Virus record (IMG/VR): IMGVR_UViG_3300045988_135711
Direction: 5' to 3' (one strand)
Length of the DNA stretch: 43,296 bases
Source: a virus
Under the pieces are notes generated by a model, which worked only from the letters and a program-made list of their open reading frames with translations, did no database searches and had not been told where the DNA came from. Made by a program: the position numbers and the translations under genes. This document shows, in pieces, positions 1-6,806 of this stretch (positions are counted from its first letter, which is position 1; every line of letters begins with the position of its first letter).

Positions 1-55
1 ACACAAATGCCAAATTGGTTTTTAGAACGGTGCAGTATCGGTAAATCGGGCGGGG
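1..55. repeat. 55-bp terminal direct repeat, identical to 43242-43296; overlap of a circular assembly
   Basis: acacaaatgccaaattggtttttagaacggtgcagtatcggtaaatcgggcgggg occurs at both ends of the window. Confidence 0.95.
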
Positions 56-213
56 AGTGGTGCGTGTATGATAGTTTTTTCGATGACGAAGTTACTGTTC
101 ATATTGGTAGCTTCATTGTGGATAATGTCTTCGAAACGGTTGAAATTGTGGATGCAGAAACATTCAACAAAAACTACACCCCCGTAACCGCAACGGGTGA
201 GGAACATGCCTAA
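1..213 (+). CDS. hypothetical protein, C-terminal part of the junction-spanning ORF that starts at 43188 (88 aa in total)
   Basis: Position 1 is in frame with the ATG at 43188. The ORF-track entry 7..213 is the truncated copy. Stop TAA is at 211-213. Confidence 0.6.
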   Translation, partial: TQMPNWFLERCSIGKSGGEWCVYDSFFDDEVTVHIGSFIVDNVFETVEIVDAETFNKNYTPVTATGEEHA

Positions 214-550
214 ACGACCGTGTGCTCATCCAGGATGTAATGTTTTAGTCGATATTAAAGAACGCTATTGCAAAGAACACCAGCAAACAAAAACGGACTT
301 TAGACCGTCTGCATATCAACGTGGATATGATCATAAATGGCAGAAAGCACGGAAACGGTACTTATCCGAACATCCGTTTTGCGCAGAATGTTTAAAACAA
401 GGTAAGTATACCCTTGCAACTGATGTAGACCATATCATCGCACATAAGGGCAGTAAGATTTTATTTTGGTCTGAAAATAACTGGCAAGCGTTATGCCATT
501 CATGCCACAGCAAGAAAACAGCTAAAGAAGATAACGGAGGATGGTATTAA
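197..550 (+). CDS. HNH endonuclease, packaging-associated
   Basis: CxxC...DHIIAHKG...WQALCHSCHSKKT is an HNH/zinc motif, and the position upstream of terS fits cos phages. Start is GTG 197 or ATG 206. Confidence 0.9.
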   Translation: MRNMPKRPCAHPGCNVLVDIKERYCKEHQQTKTDFRPSAYQRGYDHKWQKARKRYLSEHPFCAECLKQGKYTLATDVDHIIAHKGSKILFWSENNWQALCHSCHSKKTAKEDNGGWY

Positions 551-577
551 TTCATTCCCTTATATTCAAATTGAAAC

Positions 578-658
578 TTTGATACCCAGTATTCGATTTT
601 TGGTTTTTGATACCCGATTTCGAAAACTGGTTTTTTGATTATTAAATTCGAAATTTCG
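578..658. repeat. direct repeats TTTGATACCC (578-587 and 606-615; degenerate copy 633-643) interleaved with TTCGA(A/T) motifs
   Basis: Read directly from the sequence, immediately downstream of the HNH stop. Repeat spacing is 28 bp. Confidence 0.6.
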
Positions 659-868
659 TTTTTACACAAAAAAAGAACGAATAAATAAAACTTAACTAAT
701 GCCATAAAAAAACAAAATACAAAACACAACAAGTGAAAACGGAATAGAAAAATTAATCAAAATAACAATATCTATAACAAACAAACATGCGGTGGACGAT
801 GAACCAAATCGTTCGAAATGACGTATTTCAGTATGATTGACCGCTTGCTTACTGATCATATAATTGTT

Positions 869-1005
869 TACGGTACTATGTGGACATAGAATAGGAACGA
901 TTTTCGAGAGTGATAGACACTGAATAAAAGTATAGTTGATTGAATAAATGGTCTGAATCCTTTCGAGAATGATTGCTATTGCAGGTTCGATTCCTGCTGT
1001 CGTAT
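869..1005 (+). ncRNA. tRNA-like four-way junction RNA element; not a canonical tRNA
   Basis: T arm gcagg-TTCGATT-cctgc (981-997). Acceptor pairing tacggta (869-875) with tgtcgta (998-1004). Hairpin ctatg-UGGA-catag (876-889). Long irregular arm 890-910 paired with 960-980. Confidence 0.4.
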
Positions 1006-1833
1006 TAAACCTAGATAAGCCTTTCATAGAACACATAGAGGTTAACCTTTCACCCTCATCTTTCTTTCCCCTTCCTTCACTAACTTATCTAGGTTTTCTA
1101 TTTTTAAATAAATAAAAAAGATTGCTCTAAACTTTCGTTTAAAACAATCTAAACCTCTTATTTAATTCAATTCTATAAAATCCTAAACAAAACACATAAA
1201 TATATACTTATACATCCACTCTTTTAAAAAAATAGTGGTGGTAGTCATATATGCCCGCCGAGTTATATAAAAAACGTTAATAAGGCGAGAAAAAAAGTAA
1301 AAAAAGTCATTTCGGACAAATTATCGGAAAAAGGGACAAAGTCCGGGTGTTTACATTTTTCATGAAAACTGTTTTCATAAAGGATTTTCAAAGAACAACG
1401 GTTTTAATATCGTAAATATTTAAATATTCGCCCTTAACCTAACATTAAATTTTTAGTTTGTCAATAGGTCGAAAAATCGGAAAAATTCAAGCGGTGAGGG
1501 CGGTTTATAGATTCGCTATTTATGTATTTGTATTTAGCGCTGTATGCTTGTGGATTTGAAACAGAATATAAAAACAAGCCCTTTCTTTTAAAAACGCTGT
1601 AAGGGGCTTTAATTCGCAAAATACAAAAGGGTGCGAAAATGTAAATATTTTAAAATTTAATAATTAGGTCGCTTGATTTGTTTTTGTGTTTTTGAATCCA
1701 CGCAAACAAAAACAGCGTACATACATACGCTTATAATAGCAGATATCAAAATACACTAAAATTAATAGAATCGCTTAAATCGCAAATATGGACGAATTAG
1801 GAAGGGTATGTTTTTAGCAGCAGGATCTAAAAA

Positions 1834-1868
1834 AGAAAATAAAAAAAGAGTGGTGTTTAAACCACTCT
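1834..1868 (-). terminator. intrinsic terminator of the minus-strand cassette, possibly bidirectional
   Basis: 8-bp stem agagtggt/accactct (1847-1854 and 1861-1868), followed on the - strand by a T-run (A-run 1834-1847 on the + strand). Confidence 0.8.
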
Positions 1869-1880
1869 AATTAATTTAGT

Positions 1881-2414
1881 TTAATATTCTAATAACTTAA
1901 TGTTTCCGATTGATGGAAATTCATCTCGATCACATTCAAACCACGTTTGAACAGCGTATTCAATTTCATTCCAAGGATAATCAAAGAAATTTAAAATTAT
2001 TCGTCTTTGGTCGATTGCATCGTATTCATTTAAAAGTTGCTTTGTCTCGTCCTTAAAATGTGAAATTTCTTCTTCAATATCGAAAACAATAAAAGGAATT
2101 CCTGTTCTTTCACAAATTTCTTTATAATCTTCTTCAGTAAGTTGCTCAGATAACCATTCTGACAAGTCGTTATTTTCTTCATGTTTTTTGATTTCTTCTT
2201 CAGAGAATTTTTTCATTAGAACATATTCTGTATAGTAATCTTCATCACCGTAATAGTATTCATTTTTAAAGCAGCGCGTTGCAATTGCGTTGTATAATTT
2301 TTCGTATGAATCAAATACATAGTAGTCACCAATGTAATTATAATCGTATTGCATATCATAAGTAATATAATCGTGATTCTTAACGTGTTTAAATGATAAA
2401 TAATATTTTTCCAT
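1881..2414 (-). CDS. hypothetical highly acidic D/E/Y-rich protein (177 aa)
   Basis: Long ORF with RBS aaaggatg upstream; last gene of the - strand cassette. Confidence 0.75.
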   Translation of the reverse strand: MEKYYLSFKHVKNHDYITYDMQYDYNYIGDYYVFDSYEKLYNAIATRCFKNEYYYGDEDYYTEYVLMKKFSEEEIKKHEENNDLSEWLSEQLTEEDYKEICERTGIPFIVFDIEEEISHFKDETKQLLNEYDAIDQRRIILNFFDYPWNEIEYAVQTWFECDRDEFPSIGNIKLLEY

Positions 2415-2434
2415 TTTTAAAACATCCTTTCTTT

Positions 2435-2749
2435 CTAAACCTCTTTAAACCCTTGATAATAAGCGCTTCCTTGATTAGCTAAGATTATACTTTTAATTTG
2501 GTCATCCGTCAATGACGTTACGAGCCCAAAGAAATCAAATTGATAAATATCTTCATAATCTTCCTTATTATTCAACTCTTCTAATTCAGTAGAGTAGTTT
2601 AGTAACTCGTTGAATGTGTCGCCTTCTAGATCTGTGAAATCGTGGACTAAACCACGTTTCATTAATTTACATAATAATTCTAAATAGTTGTCGGCTTCCT
2701 CGTTCCATTTAGTGAATCTGCTTGTGTCTGTTCCATTCCATTTAATCAT
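2435..2749 (-). CDS. hypothetical acidic protein (104 aa)
   Basis: ORF with RBS aggaaggacgag upstream; tightly packed in the cassette. Confidence 0.75.
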   Translation of the reverse strand: MIKWNGTDTSRFTKWNEEADNYLELLCKLMKRGLVHDFTDLEGDTFNELLNYSTELEELNNKEDYEDIYQFDFFGLVTSLTDDQIKSIILANQGSAYYQGFKEV

Positions 2750-2764
2750 TTTAACTCGTCCTTC

Positions 2765-2989
2765 CTATAATTCAATTTTAAAATCAAGATAATCATCAAC
2801 TAAATCGAGTATATTAGTATATAGATTTTTTACTAAATCTTCTATAGCTAAGGGTAATTTGTGTAGTTTGAAATCTTGAATAAAATTATATAAATCATCT
2901 TTGTAGTAATCATCAATAAAGCAGAATATATCAAGTTGTGCATCTTTCATGTTATTTGCCTTCTTTCTTAAATTATAAATTTTCTTCAA
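2765..2989 (-). CDS. hypothetical acidic protein (74 aa)
   Basis: ORF that overlaps the upstream gene by 17 nt, suggesting translational coupling. Confidence 0.65.
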   Translation of the reverse strand: MKKIYNLRKKANNMKDAQLDIFCFIDDYYKDDLYNFIQDFKLHKLPLAIEDLVKNLYTNILDLVDDYLDFKIEL

Positions 2990-3464
2990 TCCATCTATTC
3001 ATAATTTCTTCCATGTAGTCGTTATAAGGTATTTCGCTTGTTGTCTCAATATTTCCATAAGCATTAATTTTAAAATAATCATCAGTGAAATGAACCTTAC
3101 CAAAGAAACAAGCTCGCAATGCTTCGTAAGGCGTTGAGAAGAATTCATTAATCATATCTTCATCAAAATCATAATACTCATCGTAAAAAATATCGCTTAT
3201 ATCGTTTAAATCAAGATAGAAATCTTCTGACGTGTCTAAGTCTTCTAATCTATTTAAAAGTTTATCCAATCTATATAAAGGAATTTCATTATTACTATTT
3301 ACTAAATATGTCCCGCAATTCGAAACACATTCATAATCTTCAAAAGTTGCATCGTATTCAGTAAGATTATCAACGTTATCATAAAAATCTTGATACGCTT
3401 GTTGGTCGCTCCATCCTTCAAACACTTGTTTACCATCTTTAGTTACTTTTACATATAATTTCAT
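2973..3464 (-). CDS. hypothetical highly acidic D/E/Y-rich protein (163 aa)
   Basis: ORF with RBS gaaaggaag 5-10 nt upstream of the ATG. Confidence 0.75.
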   Translation of the reverse strand: MKLYVKVTKDGKQVFEGWSDQQAYQDFYDNVDNLTEYDATFEDYECVSNCGTYLVNSNNEIPLYRLDKLLNRLEDLDTSEDFYLDLNDISDIFYDEYYDFDEDMINEFFSTPYEALRACFFGKVHFTDDYFKINAYGNIETTSEIPYNDYMEEIMNRWIEENL

Positions 3465-3550
3465 TTTTATTCTTCCTTTCTATTCTTGAAAGGCTCATAC
3501 ATATCTGCTAAGATATAACAGAAGGGTGTATACCTTTCGTTTTAGCTTGT

Positions 3551-3591
3551 CAACCGCTTTACTTTCTCAGGGTGCTGCGGTTGGCTTTTTT
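3551..3591 (+). terminator. plus-strand intrinsic terminator-like hairpin, antisense to the cassette leader
   Basis: 7-bp stem caaccgc/gcggttg (3551-3557 and 3577-3583) followed by gcTTTTTT. Confidence 0.45.
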
Positions 3592-3681
3592 ATTACCTTC
3601 TTATCAAGTTCCGTTTTTCTATTTATGATTCTAGAATTTCGTTTTTCTCCTTTCTTGTCGTCCTTCCTTGACTACATTCAA

Positions 3682-3710
3682 AACTTAACACATTTACAAT
3701 TTAATGTCAA
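3682..3710 (-). promoter_or_regulatory. sigma-A-type promoter P2 (TTGACA-17-TAAGTT) for the acidic-protein genes
   Basis: - strand reads agtgTTGACAttaaattgtaaatgtgtTAAGTT. It shares the box AGTGTTGACATT with P1. Confidence 0.5.
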
Positions 3711-3714
3711 CACT

Positions 3715-3888
3715 TTAATATAAATTTTGGAAAACTTTTTTAAAAACATATTTGTTTATTGATAAATTTTCTTGTTCGGCTTTCTTCTTTATTAGATTAT
3801 ATTCGTCGTCCGTAAGTCTGAAAGATACTAATTTATCACGCTTTAAACCTGTTGGTGGCCTTCCAATTCTTTTATGTTTTTCTTCCAC
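3715..3888 (-). CDS. ribbon-helix-helix (CopG/MobC-like) DNA-binding protein, 57 aa
   Basis: KRIGRPPTG..KRDKLVSFRLTDDEYNLIKKKAEQENLSINKYV fits the RHH pattern. GTG start at 3888 with GAGGTG RBS 6 nt upstream. The longer track ORF (to 3948) would swallow its own promoter. Confidence 0.75.
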   Translation of the reverse strand: MEEKHKRIGRPPTGLKRDKLVSFRLTDDEYNLIKKKAEQENLSINKYVFKKVFQNLY

Positions 3889-3916
3889 TTGTTTCACCTC
3901 TTTTCTAACTGTCTTT

Positions 3917-3945
3917 ATTATACATACTACATAATTAAATGTCAA
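3917..3945 (-). promoter_or_regulatory. consensus sigma-A promoter P1 (TTGACA-17 nt-TATAAT)
   Basis: - strand reads TTGACAtttaattatgtagtatgTATAAT. Confidence 0.75.
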
Positions 3946-4284
3946 CACTAAACTATAAAATTTATTTCAAAAAATTAAATTATTCTTTTCCGTTTTAAAT
4001 AGTAGTTTTTTTATTTCTAGATCTAATTTACATAATCATTCATTTCATACATATTCACGCAGCTTAAATACAAGCTGTATTTTTTATGCTTATTTTTTCC
4101 TATTTAATAGAAGGAAAGAGTAAGCACAATTGAACATAATCATTTCAATTCATTCTATTAAATCATCTATATGAATCTTTCTGATGAATCCTTCATCAAT
4201 AACCTATCTAATTACCTCGTTAATTCATTCATTTATGTCTACATTTATCGTTATGAAAATAAATGAAAACAATATCTTGTGTTG

Positions 4285-4371
4285 AACAGGTGTTCGTCAC
4301 AACGTGTAGGGGATACCCCATGTGAAAATTTCACAAAGAAAAAATAAATTTAGACCGCGCCCCCCTCTAGC
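4285..4371. other. candidate cos/terminase recognition region
   Basis: Three palindromes: GAACAGGTGTTC (4285-4296), GGGGATACCCC (4309-4319), TGTGAAAATTTCACA (4321-4335). These are followed by a GC-rich island gaccgcgcccccctctagc (4353-4371), about 90 bp upstream of terS. Confidence 0.3.
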
Positions 4372-4456
4372 TCACACAAACTCCCCTTAATTTTTATTTC
4401 CGAACAGGCACTTTTTACATACATATATAAGAATAAATCCGAAAGGCGGTGAGAAC

Positions 4457-4951
4457 ATGGCAAACCTTGCTAGACCAATATCTTTAAGCGTTATTGAAGG
4501 TAAAAAACAGAAGCGAAGTAATGAAGAAATTAGGCGCAGAAAAGAGAACGAAAAAGCACTAAAAGTTGCAAAAGATAAGCTAAAACCACCTAGTTGGTTA
4601 GGTAAAATTGCAAAAAAAGAGTTTAAGTACATTGTGGATGAAACGCAGTCTATCGAATTACTAACTAATTTAGATGTTCATACATTAGCAGTGTATTCAA
4701 ACGTTTATGAACAGTATGTAATCTGTAACCAACGTTTGTTGGAAGATGGAATCATTGTAGAAGCAAACAAAGCATCGGAAACAGTGACAGCTGCACATCC
4801 ACTATTCGTAAAGCAAGCCCAATTATTCGACCAATTACGAAAGATGCAAACTGATCTCGGTTTGTCTCCATCGTCTAGGGCAAAACTAGCATTGCATGCA
4901 GCTTTAACATCGGACAAATCAAAGGAAGAAGAGGAGTTCGATAACGTATGA
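4457..4951 (+). CDS. terS: terminase small subunit (P27 family-like)
   Basis: N-terminus MANLARPISLSVIEGKKQKRSNEEIRRRKENE; size and position directly upstream of and overlapping terL. Confidence 0.85.
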   Translation: MANLARPISLSVIEGKKQKRSNEEIRRRKENEKALKVAKDKLKPPSWLGKIAKKEFKYIVDETQSIELLTNLDVHTLAVYSNVYEQYVICNQRLLEDGIIVEANKASETVTAAHPLFVKQAQLFDQLRKMQTDLGLSPSSRAKLALHAALTSDKSKEEEEFDNV

Positions 4952-6645
4952 GTGGCTTAAAGGAATTACTGGTGCAGTATAGTATCGATGCAATCAATTC
5001 CGAACAAGGTTATTGTCAGAAAGAAAAATGGGCTTGTATGCGTTTCTTACGAGATATTGAACGAGAGAATACGGATGAGTTTCCTTATGTGTTTGATGAA
5101 GAAAAAGCATTACGATTCTTACGATGGATGACAAATTTCAAACATAGTAAAGGTGTGTTAGCAGGTAAGAATATCGACCCTGCACCTATTCAAATGTTTA
5201 TATTCGGTAATATTTACGGATGGGTGCATAGAGACACTAACTATAGACGGTTTAGGATTTCGTATTGGCAGGTAGCACGTAAAAATGGAAAGACACAATC
5301 TAATGCGTGTGTAGCTAGTTATGAATCGAGTGCATTCGGAGAGCCTTACGCCGAAGTATATATCGGTGCAACGAAAACAGAGCAAGCTAAGATTCTGTGG
5401 AATGAAACTGATATTCAAATTCGAAGCAGTGCGTTTAAGGATAAATTTAAAAAAGCATATGGAAAAATCACTCACGAAAAATCGGGCGGATTTATTCAAG
5501 CGCTATCGCAGGAAGCAGGAAAAACGGGTGACGGTTTAAACCCACAGTGTGGACTGATAGACGAATATCACGCACATAAGACATCAGAAATTTATGAAGT
5601 CCTTAAATCTGGACAGGTAGCACGTCCACAACCATTGATTAGTATTATCACTACAGCAGGTTTTGACTTATCGAATCCTTGTTATAAGGAAGAATACAAC
5701 TATGTCAGTAAATTATTAGATCCAAACGATGATACCGAAAATGATTCGTATTTCGCTATGATTAACGAATTGGATGATGGCGATGATATTAAAGACGAAC
5801 GTAACTGGATTAAAGCGAATCCTATTGTAGCTACAACAGAAGAAGGTATGAAGTTCTTACGTGACGAATTAAGAATCGCATTAGACGTTCCAGAAAAAAT
5901 GCGTAACTTCTTAACTAAGAATATGAACAAGTGGGTAGATATGCCAGAAGCGGGATATATGGATATGCAGAAATGGAATGAAGCGGAATTAGAAGAAGAT
6001 GATTTTGCAGAATTCGCAAAAGAAGGAAAAGTATATCTAGGATTCGACTTATCTATGACTACCGACTTAACATCTATCGGGCTTGTAGCACGTAAAGGAA
6101 ACGATTATCGAGTGAAACAATTATCATTCATGCCTAGCGATAAATACCAAGAACGTATTTCGAAGGATAAGGTACGTTTCGACATCTTTAGAGACCGAGG
6201 CGAATTAATACTCACGGAAGGCTCTACCGTTGATTATACGCTTGTTAAAGCCTATATATTGAAGTTCTGCAAAGAATATGACGTACAAGAAGTATGTTAC
6301 GACAAATGGAACGCCCTTCAATTAGTACATGAGTTAGAGCAAGAAGGGTTATTAATGGTTGAAATCGAACAATCAGTACGAATGTTGACGGATGCAACGA
6401 AGAAATTCCGAGAGTGCGTATACAATCTTACATTAAAACATTACCAGGACAAATTATTGAAATGGTCTGTAGGTAACGCACGATTATTTGTAGATGCTTC
6501 CGAGAATATCAAGATTACTAAGAAGAAAAGTATTGACCGTATCGACCCTGTTGCTGCATTGATTAACGCATTTAAACGTGCATCAGATGGAGAAGAAATT
6601 GTGAATTACAACGAAGTAATATTAAGCGAGGATTGGGGGTTTTAG
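4948..6645 (+). CDS. terL: terminase large subunit
   Basis: 565 aa. Walker-like ARKNGKT, DEYH, and a C-terminal nuclease region. ATGA overlap with terS. Confidence 0.9.
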   Translation: MSGLKELLVQYSIDAINSEQGYCQKEKWACMRFLRDIERENTDEFPYVFDEEKALRFLRWMTNFKHSKGVLAGKNIDPAPIQMFIFGNIYGWVHRDTNYRRFRISYWQVARKNGKTQSNACVASYESSAFGEPYAEVYIGATKTEQAKILWNETDIQIRSSAFKDKFKKAYGKITHEKSGGFIQALSQEAGKTGDGLNPQCGLIDEYHAHKTSEIYEVLKSGQVARPQPLISIITTAGFDLSNPCYKEEYNYVSKLLDPNDDTENDSYFAMINELDDGDDIKDERNWIKANPIVATTEEGMKFLRDELRIALDVPEKMRNFLTKNMNKWVDMPEAGYMDMQKWNEAELEEDDFAEFAKEGKVYLGFDLSMTTDLTSIGLVARKGNDYRVKQLSFMPSDKYQERISKDKVRFDIFRDRGELILTEGSTVDYTLVKAYILKFCKEYDVQEVCYDKWNALQLVHELEQEGLLMVEIEQSVRMLTDATKKFRECVYNLTLKHYQDKLLKWSVGNARLFVDASENIKITKKKSIDRIDPVAALINAFKRASDGEEIVNYNEVILSEDWGF

Positions 6646-6646
6646 A

Positions 6647-6799
6647 TTGAAATATTACGATATTATTTTCCTACTAGGAATACTCATTATTTTAAGCACA
6701 ACGTTTTATATAGACGTAATTTACGGACTGTATTTAACGGGTGCTTTTTTTGTTGGAATGGGATTGCTAGTAGCAAGTAAACATAAAGAAAGGGGGTGA
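6647..6799 (+). CDS. small membrane protein (50 aa, TTG start), below the ORF-track cutoff
   Basis: GGGGG RBS 8 nt upstream of TTG. Two hydrophobic segments. It fills the terL-portal gap exactly. Confidence 0.4.
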   Translation: MKYYDIIFLLGILIILSTTFYIDVIYGLYLTGAFFVGMGLLVASKHKERG

Positions 6800-6806
6800 T
6801 ATATGA

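Noticed and set aside
981-1005. GGTTCGATTCC T-loop matches at 981-997 and 43069-43085 considered as genuine tRNA or tmRNA genes
   Set aside because: No anticodon arm and no canonical D arm can be drawn at tRNA spacing. The elements are 137 nt and 52-53 nt rather than 72-90 nt. There is no tmRNA tag reading frame and no GGGG...CCCCACCA acceptor. They are reported as tRNA-like elements instead.
692-1036. 114-aa minus-strand ORF with a possible GAAAGG RBS
   Set aside because: It runs antisense through the tRNA-like element and the A-rich tract. The product is Cys-rich, Ile-rich and Phe-rich low-complexity sequence with a poly-hydrophobic tail, which is what translating a T-rich strand gives. 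It is more likely a shadow ORF. Coding potential should still be tested.
1881-3464. Acidic cassette proteins considered as ArdA anti-restriction proteins
   Set aside because: I could not align them by eye to ArdA motifs I recall. They are kept only as generic acidic anti-defence or DNA-mimic candidates.
3526-3723. 65-aa very hydrophobic plus-strand ORF, considered as a type I toxin-like candidate
   Set aside because: The GTG start has no properly spaced RBS. The ORF reads straight through a terminator hairpin and T-run and through promoter P2 of the opposite strand. The hydrophobicity reflects T-rich composition.
547-4234. Shared 11-mer TTAATTCATTC at 547-557 and 4221-4231 considered as target-site duplication flanking an inserted island
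   Set aside because: An AT-rich 11-mer is expected to recur by chance many times in a 43-kb genome of this composition, and there is no extended flanking similarity.
4387-4632. 81-aa minus-strand ORF overlapping the terS start
   Set aside because: It is a shadow of the well-supported terS gene, with no RBS.
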